Notes: a model not told the origin generated them from the sequence alone. A stretch of DNA of 64,000 nucleotides from Eledone cirrhosa (GCA_964016885.1 OZ024740.1:93000001-93064000), one strand, 5' to 3'. Shown: positions 27,753 to 42,507, counted from the stretch's first letter. Translations and numbers: made by a program.

Positions 27753-28612
27753 ATTAACACTTAGAATTTAATATTCTATCATACTATTTCATTATAATAC
27801 CATATTATATATATTTTAAAGGATTGTAAATAAAACGAGTAGATCAGACAAAGTTGGAATTCCTCTTATTAATATATATATATATATATAATATATATAT
27901 ATATATGCACAGAACATACATATATATAAAATATATACATATACAAATATAAAAAAATATATATACATAAAATACACACATACACAAAACATATACACAC
28001 GTAAAACATACATATATATATATAATACACATACATATACATATATACTTAAAATATATACATATATATATATATACATACGTATTTTATAAAAAACACA
28101 TATATACACATATAATATATATATATATATATACACTTGATATATATATACATATTTATATAAAATCAGGTTCAATAAAACGTGGTTTAGATGACTCCTA
28201 ATCAGTGGAGGATCCGGTGGACCGTCCACCATAGGGACCACACACTCTGGGTGGTTGTTGTTTTCCATTGGTCATCGGTACGGGGTGTAGGGGACCTGCA
28301 GGGATGGGGGGTGGCGTTGTGGGAAGCCGTAACCGGTGTTTATGCATATAGCTTGAGGAAAGTTTCCGTCCTTATGTGTCTGCAGACACCGAATAAGTCG
28401 GCCCTTCTGTTTAATAGCTTGGTTCCACCATGAAGAATCTCGAGTGTCTCACTAAGACAGAGGTTGCAAATACCAGACCCGCCTCTGTCTGGGGGAACCT
28501 TTCTAACCACGGACCATACCAGAGAGTGCCGGGTCTTTTCAAGTTTGAGCTCCAGATCAATTCAGAAAGGGCCGTAGATTTCCTCTGATCTATTCTGTTA
28601 ATATATATGTTT

Positions 28613-28614
<2 letters not shown>

Positions 28615-28663
<49 letters not shown>

Positions 28664-28694
28664 TTGTATATATATATATATATCTATATATATT

Positions 28695-28767
<73 letters not shown>

Positions 28768-28794
28768 ATATATATAAATATATATATATACTTG

Positions 28795-28826
<32 letters not shown>

Positions 28827-28860
28827 TACTTGTATATATATATATATATATATATATATA
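28615..28860. repeat. (TA)n microsatellite
   Basis: Interrupted TA run. Confidence 0.97.
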
Positions 28861-29333
28861 CAAATATAGATATATACAGGGGGAGCCTCATCCTAGTAAT
28901 AATTTCTATAGACTTCCGACTGAGGAATGCTCTCAAAACTGACCAATGGGAAGTTTGACATTTTTTTGTTATTTTGTTCCTTTACCATCTTATTCTTTCT
29001 ACCACTTAATCAATTTTTTTGTGCTAACTCCAACAATAACTACACTACCAACAAAAGAATTAAGGTCTGATGTACCTAACAATAACAAGATCAACAACTA
29101 CAGATTGGCTTGACTCAGAACGAATTTCTATAGACTTTTGAAAGAGGAATGTTCTAACAACTGACTAATGAGATAAGAAGAGGCCCTTTGACACTAAAAT
29201 TCGTTTGTTTGAATTCATATGATTCCAGTTCCTCAGTGTAATAACAACCCAAACAGGAACTGGGCATATCAGAGTATTCACAAGGTTATACACCTCAACA
29301 ACATATGTACTTATCTATACCGCACTAATTCGG

Positions 29334-29387
29334 ACTACCTGAAGAGGTCACAGCCAATGATGGCTGTCACCGAATATATATAGCAGT
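29334..29387 (+). ncRNA. Degenerate type I hammerhead ribozyme
   Basis: ACTAC CTGAAGA GGTcACAGCC aatgat GGCTGTcACC GAA TATATATA GCAGT: strong helix II, GAAA core lacking one A, helix I ACTAC/GCAGT with one mismatch. Confidence 0.65.
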
Positions 29388-29447
29388 GACAAACGAATCT
29401 AAATTTTAAACGTTGGAATTATTTATTTTATTTTATTTTATTTTACA

Positions 29448-29775
<328 letters not shown>

Positions 29776-29776
29776 A

Positions 29777-31713
29777 ACCCTGGTGCCTAGGAAAAAGAAC
29801 AAAGGGAAGCACGTCAGCTCTGCAAACCCAAAAGTGTGTGCAGCCAGAGAACACCTGAAAGCTGCCAAGGACCAACCTATGCTGATTCTAAGGCGGAGAG
29901 GATGGAGACTGTGGAGGTGATGAGGGAAGAGCTCTGTACCGCTTACACTGAGGTCAGAGAGGAGGCGCTAATAGAGAAGATCAGAAGTGTGGAGAGAGCG
30001 GTTGACGGATCTGGAGTAAGGAGAGCTCGATGATCATCAACGAGATCACAGGGAGGAAGAGAAAGTTTCGAGTCAGTTCCAGGGAACGGGGCCCGAGGAT
30101 AGGAAGAAGAAATGGCTAGACCATTTTAGGACCCTACTAGGAGAGTCACCCTCCACAGCCCAGAGCACTAGGGAGATCAGGCGGCTGTTTGAGGAACTGG
30201 ATGTTGAGACAGAGCCCTTCACCAGAGAGAAGCTTCAGAGAGAAAAGAAGGGGATCAAGGAGAAGTTGGAGTGGAATCTGAGGTGATGAAGAGGTGTGAT
30301 TTTGATGATATCATCCTGGGGCTCTGTAACAGGGCACTGGAGAAAGGAGTTGCCCCAAATCAGTGGAGGGTCAGTAACATCGTCCCAGTGCAAAAGAAGG
30401 GAGATCTCTCTAACACCAACAACTACCGGGGGATCTCACTGACGTCACTTGTGGCAAAGACCCTCAACAGGATGATTCTTAACAGGATCCAGCCTGAGAT
30501 GGAGAAGTAGCTCAGTGACAACCAGAACGGCTTCAGAGAGGGTAGATCAACCACCAGTCACATTCTGATGCTGAGGAGGATATTAGAGGGAGCTAGAGCA
30601 AAGTACCTTCCTGCGGTCATGGTTTTCATTGACTTTGGGAAGGCCTTTGATTCTGTGGACCGTTACTGCCTTATGAAGATCTTAGAGGCTTATGGAATTC
30701 CCAAGACGATAGTGGACCTGATATCACTGCTCTACACCAACACCAAAGCCCAAGTCATTACACCTGATGGGATGACAGAGTTCTTTGAGATACTGGCTGG
30801 AGTGCTCCAGGGAGATACATTGAATCCCTAACTTTTTATCAACGTAGTGGAATATTGTATGCGCCTTGCACTGGAGAAAAACCAGGACTCTGGCTTTACT
30901 GTAGCACCGGCTCAGAGCAGGAGAGTTAGGGCGAAACATGTATCGGATGCTGAATTTGTCGACGACATAGTTTTGGTGACAAATACAATTAAGGAGGCAG
31001 AGCATTTGATGCGGGAGGTTGAGACTGTGTCGATGGGTGTGGGGCTGAGAATGAATGAGACTAAAACAAAATATCTGGTAGAGAATGTTGAGAAGCCAGA
31101 GGGGATCACTAATGTAGGCTGGAAGCCGCTAGAATTGGTTGAGGGCTTCCTGTATTGGGGAGCAAAGATTGAGAATACGGAAAATGATGTGGTTGAGAGG
31201 AAGAGCAAGGCCTGGGCGGCGTGCCACAGCTTGAGATCGGTTTGGAAGTCAGACCTTCGTAGAGACCTGGAAATCAGCCTCTTCATTGCTGTAGTGGAGT
31301 CTGTGCTATTTTATGGGTCTTAGACTTGGACACTGACCAAGAAACTCACTCAGATGGTGGATGGGTGCTACACAAGAATGCTGAGGATGGCTCTGAACAT
31401 TAATCAGTATACACTGCGGATGAAAAACTCAGAGCTGTATGGGAGCATCCCAAAAGTCAGCTCAAAAGTGACACAGAGGAGACTGAGGTTAGTTGGACAT
31501 GCTCACCGACATCCAGAGTTGACATTGAACTCAGTGCTCCTTTGGGATCCCCTACATGGACACACTAGAAGAGGAAGACCAAGGTTAACGTATGTTGATG
31601 CCCTATGGACAGATACTGGTCTGTTGGAGACGCAGGACATGGCAGCGATAATGAGGGACAGAGACCGCTGGAGAGAACTCGTCCATGGATCTCGGGAATT
31701 TTCCCCGCCTTAG
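29777..31713 (+). mobile_element. RTE-clade LINE, 5'-truncated, reverse transcriptase region with stop codons
   Basis: IVPVQKKGDLSNTNNYRGISLTS, NQNGFREGRSTT, FIDFGKAFDSV, GVLQGDTL, EFVDDI (YADD equivalent), VESVLFYGS, DGCYTRMLRMAL, RRLRLVGH, RRGRPRLTY..DRDRW; in-frame stops at ~30510, 30831 and 31323. Confidence 0.92.
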
Positions 31714-32092
31714 ATAGATATATTACACAATAATCAAAGCTAACTTCAAATCATTTTATTGCTGACAATCATTTCTTCCAAACTTTCGTGTAGAATCATC
31801 GGAGCACTATCAATATTTGTACAAATAATTCACCTCCTATTCAACTGAACAATCATATACATACATGTATATTAATGTTGTCAACAACAATTTCGTATTT
31901 ACAGAGTGGAATGGATGCGACATTGATTTTAAGAGAATTGTACAATAATTAAAATTAAAAATTAAAAATTAAAAATTAAAAATTAAAATTAGAAAGGCAC
32001 TGAGTGGAATGAATGCAACAGAGATTATAAGTGACCTTTCCTGTTTATACTTGTATATAGTGTATACATAATTATAAATAATATTATTATAT

Positions 32093-32273
32093 GTGGCAGT
32101 ATCGGTAGAGGGTCGGACGCCATTCTTTCCAGCATAGTTAATTCCCTTTACGATCTGAGTTCAAATCCCGCCGAGGTTGACTTTGCCTTTCATCCTTACG
32201 GGGTCGATAAAATAAAGTACCAGTAATGCACTGGGTAATTGCTGGCCTTGTGCCTAAAGTAGAAACCATTATT
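32093..32273 (+). mobile_element. tRNA-derived SINE, octopod type
   Basis: A-box-like TGGCAGTATCGG, B-box GAGTTCAAATCCC, body CGAGGTTGACTTTGCCTTTCATCCTTACGGGGTCGATAAAATAAAGTACCAG, tail GGCCTTGTGCCTAAAGTAGAAAC; a close copy lies at 62087. Confidence 0.85.
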
Positions 32274-32277
32274 ATAT

Positions 32278-32312
<35 letters not shown>

Positions 32313-32344
32313 CAAGTATTTATATATATATATTTATATATATT

Positions 32345-32375
<31 letters not shown>

Positions 32376-32704
32376 ATATATAATGTATATATATATATAT
32401 ATATATGTTAGATCGTGCCATAACAAGCAAGTTCACAATACTAACACTCCCTGTATAATTTCCCATTATATATTCCCCAATTGGTAAGATAAAACATATT
32501 TTGTATAAAACAACTTATGTTGAACCTTGCTTATATCATGGTGATTATAGTGGAAAGTGTGATTATGGTGCATGAAATCAAAAATGTGAAACCAAATATG
32601 ACCATACAATATTTGTTTAATTTATTAATCCATTATATTTAGTAAACCAGCTTTGAATATAAAGCCGTACAAGGAAGAAACAAGTTAAGTTAAGTTAACT
32701 CCAG

Positions 32705-35030
32705 TCATATTTTTTTCAGAGTTTCTTTTTTGAAAACCTGGACCTTGCAACGATGAGCTTCGACTACTTGAAGAACACACTGCTTCTCCTCCTCATTCTT
32801 GGTGATGGCAACAACATCAGTTATCAACTTGACTGCTCTCTCCGCCAGATCATTGACTACCTTGATATTGTGAACAACAGCACAGGTGTTTTGATATGAC
32901 GCTTGTGATGACCAAGTTGCAGGTGACAGCTCAAGCCAAGTATCGTCAAGATCAAGGATTTCAAACAAAAGCCTTCATTTCTTCCCAACTAGATGAGGCA
33001 GCTTCGTGGATGACTTCAACTCGGGAAATACTGGACGTTTTCGTTTTGACAAGACGTTGGGCTATTTGTTTCTTCTCGGACTATTGGACCCGACTTGAGA
33101 ACAGCGCTAGCGGAATGGCTTCCTCCGTCAAGTACCAAAGCTGCCAGCTCAGAGCAGAAGTGCTGCCTGCTAGATATCTCTGTCAACCTTACTGTACTGT
33201 GTCAAATCAACGTAGAATAGAAGGTCATTGGATGGTGCATCATCACGCTTGACTGCTGTAAGCCAGTATCGGACGTAGAACAGAGCATTGAACATGCAGA
33301 TCCGACGCCACCTTTCCATTTTAGCTTGATCGTAATTATGATGCTCACCAAATGCATACATATTTGCACTATAGATCATTTTGGACATTCACCGAGCGTT
33401 ATGATGTGCACCCGGCCCGGCAGCATTCAATCAATTCCACGAGGAGGGGTGACACCAAGCAAGATCAACATCAATTCAGCACATTCTCGGTAGTCGTCCC
33501 GTGGCAGAGAACTCATTTTCCCATCGTGGGATGTCAGCAAATCTTGGAGGAACTTGATGTTCTCAGAACACAGACGCTTCAGTCTCCGCTCGACAATGTT
33601 CAATGTTTCAAAGTTGATCTTGTTCGTGAGTGACACCCAATCTTTTTTGAACTCCTTGACCTCTGGTGTGTCTGGACTGGACATTGCTCCGAATAGTTGT
33701 TGCCACACTGAACACAACATACGCTCCATGGTGCCGACAAGCAAAATAAAACATCGTTTTGTGGAGCATCTCTTCAATTTTCACGAAGGCACCATTTTTC
33801 CATCCAGAATTCGAAGCAGATGTGTCGAAGACAAAGCCTACCACAGACCCATCAACATTCCAATATTTAATATGATCAAATTATGCTTCGGCTTGGGTGT
33901 TTCCAGTGCCATCAGGAATTATGGAAACACCGAGGAGTTTACCTTCTCTGAAGTCCGGAGTTCAAGCAACTAGCATACCTAGCCTCTCGTGGTCACCAGG
34001 AAATATTTTGTCATCCCAATGCGATGTAACAAAATCTGGTACAGCAACGTGTTCCTTTATGTGTTCAGCCACTACGATTCTGATCTTATCTGCACGTCTC
34101 CTACTATACCTGGAGAGAGTTGTGGCGTCTATGTCAATCCCACCATCAGAAGTAATCGATGACATAAATGCTGTTCTCTGGCCCAGTGTCATGTTTAAAT
34201 GATCAAATATTAGAGAAATGTTGGGATTTTGAAATGGATTCTTTGGGAGTTCCAGTTGGATTTTTCGTTTCTTGTCTGACATTGAGCTGTCTCTGGGTGG
34301 GATGGAGGTCTGAAATTCAGGATCCTGTTCATCTTCAGTTTCATCATTGGTTGAACTTGAATCACTCAGTTCATTACTTAGAAGTTGTGCTGCTACAGAT
34401 CCTGATAAACGCTTTATATGGTTCTCTGACTCTCGCCGAGCCACAGAAACCTGATCACGCTTAGATTTTTAACATACCTTGCTCTGGTAACCCTTGTCTT
34501 CATCACCCAGACATACTTTTTTTCTAGCAACGCAGTGCTTCTAGAAATGTAGCATCTTCCATGTTATCTTCATTATTACGAAGACGGTCTTTCTAAATTT
34601 TCTTTTCAGAATCAGTAAGTGCAATTTAGAAATACTAATCCAATTCAGAAATAAATAGTGCTTCCTTTTCTTTGTTTGACTTAGAACCTTTGTTTTTTTT
34701 ATAAATTTCTGTATTCACTGTACATATCATAATTTTCAGTTTCACTTTGTCTTTTCTTTCAGTCGCCACACAAGCTTTTCCCACAGACTATCTACTTCCA
34801 TCACAAGCCTATCCACAATAGCACCATTGAAGATCACATGCTTTTCGTGTTTCATAGGACAATCTTTCAGGTAGAAGAAATATCTTAGAATATCCCCATT
34901 TGTTGGTATTTTGTTTGGTGAAAAAGATGTAACATATTGCCCCAGGAGCCATATTTCTCGATCATCACAACGGAGCGAGTAGCTACGACTAGGCCCACCG
35001 GTTTCCGCGTTTATTCTGCCAATTTGAAAC
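32705..35030 (-). mobile_element. Decayed DNA transposon, hATm-like transposase pseudogene
   Basis: Minus-strand fragments: IWLLGQY...KIPTNGDILRYFFYL, TSHWDDK, FVFDTSASNSGWKNGA...FACRHH, LPRDDYRE, GAHHNAR*MSKMIY, DAPSNDL, KVVNDLAERAVKLI..EEEKQCVLQVVEAHR. Many stops and frameshifts; TIRs not confidently located. Confidence 0.8.
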
Positions 35031-35163
35031 TATTAGGCAAGACTTACATTAGTCTGAAATAGTCAAAGTTACGTTATGAATTGATAATATACAAAATGGC
35101 ATGAGAAAATGCATAGGGTGCTAAGAAAAGACACTGGTGTAATATGTGGGATTCAGGAACACA

Positions 35164-35282
<119 letters not shown>

Positions 35283-35318
35283 GTGGTTATACAAATATAT
35301 ATATATATATATATATAT

Positions 35319-35516
35319 GGAAAATGTATGACCCCGACGGCAGAGCTCAAGCCCTTTCGACGGCTATTTCTGGACTGAGTCCAGAAATAGCTGGGGAAAC
35401 GGCTTGAACTCTGCCATCGGGGTCATACATTTTCCAATTACCCACTCTACACCCTAAGTATTCAGTACTCTGGTGCGTTATGGTCCAGCTGGTTCCTTAC
35501 CACAACTCCTTCGTTA
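35319..35516 (+). repeat. ~200-bp element: 117-bp palindrome plus 80-bp tail (left copy)
   Basis: 35319-35435 is self-complementary about 35377 (TGGACTGAGTCCA). The tail 35436-35516 matches 37978-38056 in reverse complement. Confidence 0.92.
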
Positions 35517-35531
35517 TATATATATATACAA

Positions 35532-36536
<1,005 letters not shown>

Positions 36537-36549
36537 TATATTTATATAT

Positions 36550-36651
<102 letters not shown>

Positions 36652-37414
36652 AATATAAATATAAATATATCTGTTAGACACGCAGTGACTAAAATTGAGT
36701 GTTTTAAGTCTGAATGTTGTCTGACAATATAGGGGTAGCTTGTGAATAAAATATTCAAGGGGTATTGCTGGCAGTGGTGATTCCTTCCAAACATGCTTTG
36801 TTATGTATCGTTTTATAGGCTAATTTCATCGGCTTATTTGCTAATCATCAAACGAGACTAATTGTTGCTCAAAAGCGTTTTGTTTGCACGTGTATTCATC
36901 GTTTCGCTTTAGAATCTCTCTCCTGTATTTTGTCGTTTCATCATCAAAATATATTTCTCGTTTAGGTAAGTTATATTGTTAATTTGTAAATGATGTTTTA
37001 AATTTTTATTAACTATTTTTTTTCAGTTCGTTATAACATGCTTAGAATATTGGTCGTAACATTTACTTGTATATATGTCCATATTATTGTTCGTTTTATG
37101 TTAGATTATTTTATTATTATTATGTTAGATTATTATTTTTATTATTATGCTAGACTAGTTGTATATAATATTTAATTGATATAATTCAACTATAACAATT
37201 ATTATGTAAAATATATTTATTTAATATTGATTGCTTTTTTTATTTGTTTATATGAAAAGTCTGAAAATATTTGTATACATCTTACAATAATATTTATAAG
37301 ATCATTTATAAAATAACAATGATATAATGTAATTACATTACAACGATAATTTATTATTTATAAACATCATGTTTACCTAGAGTTATTACAAGCGTTGCCT
37401 TAAAAAAATATTAA

Positions 37415-37860
37415 ACTAGACCTGAAAAATGCGGAAGCTCAAAAGCGCCACAGAATGTTATGATAAACTTTCAAAAGTGTGGGACTAGAGTTGTTGCTCA
37501 ATAATATACTAATCATTATCTATCGTACACAGCTGTGGCATCCTTTTATAAAAAAGTGATTCATAACGAACTCAAGTAGACGCGATAATTATTTAAGTGA
37601 ATTTATAATATAGAATTCGGTTTAAGTGCATTTCGTATTAATCATTACTAAACATCTAATATGAGATATTGAACATTAGCTTAAATAATTAAGTAGTCGT
37701 CTTGAATTCGTTATGAGTCCCTTTTTTATAAAAGGATGCCACACCGTGTGCGACAGATAATGATTACAATATTTTTGGGCAACAACTCTTGTCGCACACT
37801 TTTGATGGTTTATCATAACATTCTGTGGCTCTTTTGAGCTTGCGCATTTTCAGGTCTAGT
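37415..37860. repeat. Diverged inverted repeat (~180-bp arms, ~80-bp spacer)
   Basis: 37415-37597 versus 37680-37860 (ACTAGACCTGAAAAATGCG / CGCATTTTTCAGGTCTAGT; TGTGGCATCCTTTTATAAAAAAG / CTTTTTTATAAAAGGATGCCACA). Confidence 0.92.
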
Positions 37861-37884
37861 ATGCAACTTTATATATATATATGC

Positions 37885-37919
<35 letters not shown>

Positions 37920-37933
37920 TATATATATATTTT

Positions 37934-37977
<44 letters not shown>

Positions 37978-37980
<3 letters not shown>

Positions 37981-38183
37981 CGAAGGAAATGTGGTAAGGA
38001 ACCAGGTGGACCATAACGCACCAAAATACTCAATACTTAGGGTAGTAGAGTGGGTAATAGGAACAAGTAAGACCCCGACGGCTGAGCTCAAGCCGTTTCG
38101 ACGGCTAATTCTGTACTCAATCAGTACAGAATTAGCCGTCGAAACGGCTTGAGCTCAGCGGTCGGGGTCTTACTTGTTCCTAT
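37978..38183 (-). repeat. ~200-bp element: 80-bp tail plus 127-bp palindrome (right copy, inverted relative to 35319-35516)
   Basis: 38057-38183 is self-complementary about 38120 (GTACT caatc AGTAC); flanked by (TA)n on both sides. Confidence 0.92.
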
Positions 38184-38206
38184 ATATATAAATATATATT
38201 TATATT

Positions 38207-38264
<58 letters not shown>

Positions 38265-38289
38265 ACTGGTTACACAACAGTTAGTTCAC

Positions 38290-38337
38290 CATACCGAGAA
38301 CAATTGTTTCAACTTCGCGGATCTTCAGCTCGGGATG
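38290..38337 (-). ncRNA. Minimal type I hammerhead-like motif
   Basis: Reverse complement: CATCCCGAG CTGAAGA tccgcgaagtt GAAA CAATTGT T CTCGGTATG. Helix I CCGAG/CTCGG, palindromic helix III ACAATTGT, weak helix II. GCGCATGCGC (NRF1-type palindrome) lies ~40 bp upstream. Confidence 0.7.
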
Positions 38338-38499
38338 TGTATGGTTATAGGAACAGGAAGGACAACCTTACGGACGCGCATGCGCAGAAACTCGGTCACT
38401 TCACACAGGCAATACTAGACTGAGTGCAGGAGGTGTAAGGGAGATAACTGCGAAAGTCCGGAAAGTTTTTAGGTTGAAAATAGAATTAAAAAAAATATG

Positions 38500-39059
38500 T
38501 ATTAAAATAACAGATTAAAGTTAAAGCAAATAATCGGTGCTTTCACTCTTAACCGCATCTTCGGAAACGAAAATGATCAATCTGTGTACGCAGACGTAAA
38601 TATTTGAAAAAACGTTGCAACCGAAGGAAGAGAGAAAGACGATACATTGGTTCGTGGAAACGTTCCCTGTCAAAGAACGGATAAAACAAATGATCATACG
38701 TTATAATTTGGAGCGGAGAAAACAATTACACGCAGACAAAACCACGTAGACTATATTTTATTTGATGGTTCATGGAGACCTTCTCTGGCAATGAACGAAA
38801 ACTAAAAGGAAGATAATACGTCATTATGTGGGGCAGTGGGACCAATTACACGCAAAGACAAAACCACGTATATGGTATAACAGAAGTCGTAGACTAACAT
38901 TCTATTAGGAAACCGAATGATTCCTGTTTTCGTTCGGTTGCAACGTTTTTTGAAATATTTACTTCTGCGTTCACAGATTGTTTTTTTTTAGTTCCAGAAG
39001 ATCCCGTTAAGGGTGAAAGCAACCTTTCTTTGCTTAGACTTTAATCTCTTATTTTAATA
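38500..39059. repeat. Inverted repeat (~125-bp arms) enclosing a short direct duplication
   Basis: 38500-38625 versus 38933-39059 (AAAAAACGTTGCAACCGAA / TTCGGTTGCAACGTTTTTT). The internal CAATTACACGCA..GACAAAACCACGTA occurs twice, with a related copy at ~41095-41290. Confidence 0.88.
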
Positions 39060-39194
39060 TATATATATATATATATATATAAGTTGAAAAAAATGAAAAC
39101 GAAACTTCATTTCTCACTCTTATTATGGCACTTACTTAAATGTAAGTATGTATGTATACGTACATACATATATGCATACAGACGTACAGTAGCA

Positions 39195-39298
<104 letters not shown>

Positions 39299-39488
39299 CA
39301 TATACATATATACATACAGGTACACATACATATATGCACGCATCAGTTTAGCGGACGCTTATTATAACGCCGCTTTGTTCGTTTGTTGACAAACGAACAA
39401 AGCGGCGTTATAATAAGCATCCGCTAAACTGATGCGTGCATACATGTATGTGTACCTGTATGTATATATGTATATGTATGTATATATA

Positions 39489-39552
<64 letters not shown>

Positions 39553-39786
39553 TGCTACTGTACGTCTGTATACATATATGTATGTACGTATACATACATA
39601 CTTACATTTAAGTAAGTGCCATACTAAGAGTGAGAAATGAAATTTGGTTTTCGTTTTTTTCAACTTATCGTTTTCGGTATGCCTGACCGATTTAACTTAC
39701 TCAATATGCAAATTAGGCTGCTCAGCCGTTAATTTTCATAAGGAAAGTATATACTTTCGAACGTTCAACTATCTGGCAGATGGGTA

Positions 39787-39831
39787 AACGGTGCTGATGA
39801 TAGCTAACAAGCTTGAAACTAGTACATCGTT
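39787..39831 (+). ncRNA. Minimal type I hammerhead ribozyme
   Basis: AACGGTG CTGATGA tAGCTaacaAGCTt GAAA CTAGT A CATCGTT: 7-bp helix I, palindromic helix III ACTAGT, cleavage after GTA (39824). Confidence 0.85.
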
Positions 39832-40008
39832 CTTGTGTCAGTGTTGAACAAAAAGGTGACGTGGTTGGCTTAACACCGTATGGCATACATTCAGGCTGTT
39901 CAGTTTGTTGACAAACGAACAAAGCGGCGTTATAATAAGCGTTCGCTAAACTGATGCGTGCATATATGTATGTGTACATGTATGTATATATGTATATGTA
40001 TGTATATA

Positions 40009-40044
<36 letters not shown>

Positions 40045-40277
40045 TGCTACTGTACGTCTGTATACATATATGTATGTACGTATACATACATACTTACATT
40101 TAAGTAAATGCCATACTAAGAGTGAGAATGAAATTTCGTTTTCATTTTTTTCAACTTATCGTTTTCGGTATGCCTGACCGATTTAATTCACTCAATATGC
40201 AAATTAGGCTGCTCAGCCGTTAATTTTCATAAGGAAAGTATATACTTTCGAACGTTCAACTATCTGGCAGATGGGTA

Positions 40278-40322
40278 AACGGTGCTGATGATAGCTAACA
40301 AGCTTGAAACTAGTACATCGTT
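40278..40322 (+). ncRNA. Minimal type I hammerhead ribozyme (second tandem copy)
   Basis: Identical to 39787-39831, 491 bp downstream. Confidence 0.85.
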
Positions 40323-40489
40323 CCTGTGTCAGTGTTGAACAAAAAGGTGACGTGGTTGCCTTAACACCGTATGGCATAAATTCAGGCTGTTCAGTTTGTT
40401 GACAAACGAATAAAGCGGCGTTATAATAAGCGTCCGCTAAACTGATGCGTGCATATATGTATGTGTACCTGTATGTATATATGTATATG

Positions 40490-40577
<88 letters not shown>

Positions 40578-40630
40578 TGCTACTGTACGTCTGTATACAT
40601 ATATGTATGTACGTATACATACATACTTAC

Positions 40631-40735
<105 letters not shown>

Positions 40736-40740
40736 CATAT

Positions 40741-41065
40741 ATATTGTTATACTTTGGGAGGGTCATGTTGCCAATAAAAAACACACGCACCAAATGCTTT
40801 CACATCAATTTATTATAATACATTTATAAATTTAGGAATTTATAAATTTCCGGTTGGTTGGTTGGTTCCACAACCAGATGATTGTTCATATATTGTCAAA
40901 TTTCTTTCGTCACACATACTGTGGCCCCTCGAGGGACCTCTTCATCCAACCAACCGGAATTTATAAATTCCTAAATTTATAAATGTATTATAATAAATTG
41001 AAGCGAAAGCAACTGGTCCGTGTGTTTCTTATTGGCAACATGACACTCCCAAAGTATAACAATAT
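40741..41065. repeat. Inverted-repeat element, copy 1 (~120-bp arms)
   Basis: 40741-40865 versus 40945-41065 (ATATTGTTATACTTTGGGAG / CTCCCAAAGTATAACAATAT). Confidence 0.9.
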
Positions 41066-41400
41066 CGGTTTCAACACACGTTTTCAGATAAAGAATATAA
41101 TACGTCATTATTTTGAGCGGTGAAAAAAAGATTACACGCAAAGACAAAACCACGTTTATGGTATAAACGAAATCGTCGACTAATATTCTATTAGGTGGTT
41201 CATAGAGTCGTTCTCAGGCAATGAACGAAAAAAAACGAAGATAATATTCATTATGTATCTGTTATTTAATCTGTTATTTTAATAAATATTTGCTCTACTG
41301 TTCTTATATATTTGATATATATTTATCCTTATCGAGCCCTCTTTGGATTTTAGTCTTCAAATATATATATATGTATATGTAAATTTATATATATATATAT

Positions 41401-41974
41401 ATATTGTTATGCTTTGGGAGGGTCATGTTGCCAATAAGAAACACACGCACCAGCTACTTTCACTTCAATTTATTATAAATGTAATTTATAAATTTAGTAA
41501 TTTATAAATTTTCGGTTGGTTGGTTGGTTCCACAACCAGACGATTGTTCATATATTGTCAACGTTGTTTCGTCACACATTATGTGACTTCTTCAGTGACT
41601 GGGGATTATTTTCTTTGTTTTTCTGCCTCTCCTTTGTTCTGTACTACGCCATCATGTTTCTGTGTGTGTTGAGTGCTTAGTTTGCGCATGTGTTACATCC
41701 GGATCACTGTGTGTGTTTATATTTGTTTATTTATTTGTTTATTTACATGTTACTGGTTGGTTGTTTGTTATATGTGTGTGTGTATTTTCATTTTGTACTG
41801 AATTGTAAGTTGTGATGTTGCTGTTCCATTCATGTTTTCTATGTGGAACCAACCAGCTAACCGGAAATTTATAAACTCCCAAATTTACAAATTTAATCCA
41901 CAATAAATTGAAGTGAAAGCACTGGTTCGTCTGCTTCCCATTGGCAACATGACCCTCCCAAAGCATAACAATAT
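41401..41974. repeat. Inverted-repeat element, copy 2, with an HHR-like core in the spacer
   Basis: 41401-41533 versus 41840-41974. Minus strand 41556-41600 reads AGTCA CTGAAGA aGTCACA taatg TGTGAC GAAA CAACGT TGAC; the cleavage-site register is imperfect. Confidence 0.88.
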
Positions 41975-41999
41975 GGGTTTCAGACAAAGAATCTTGCTA

Positions 42000-42043
42000 A
42001 ACAAATTCAGAAACGAAATATATATATATATACACACATATAT

Positions 42044-42101
<58 letters not shown>

Positions 42102-42449
42102 TAAACGGAATAGAAAATGCTGACAAATTGTTCACAGTTGAAAAATGGTTTAATTAGGAATAAAAGAGTATTAGTGAATGTATGGGTTAGTATTCAGTTG
42201 TGGTTTTAAGTTTTTAAGTTTTTACCGTTTGCGCATTTCTAAATGCTTTTCAAAAATAATTTTCAGATATATATATATATATATCTCAAAATTATTTTTG
42301 AAAAGCATTTAGAAATGCGCAACCGGTAAAAATTTAAAAACTTAAAACCACAACTGAATACTAACCCATACATTCACTAATACTCTTTTAATCCTAATTA
42401 AACCATCGTTCAACTGTGAACAATTTGTCAGCATTTTCTATTCCGTTTA

Positions 42450-42507
<58 letters not shown>

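Noticed and set aside
32408-35130. Terminal inverted repeats for the hATm-like element
   Set aside because: Candidate TTAG/TAGGGTG motifs at the two ends do not form a convincing inverted pair.
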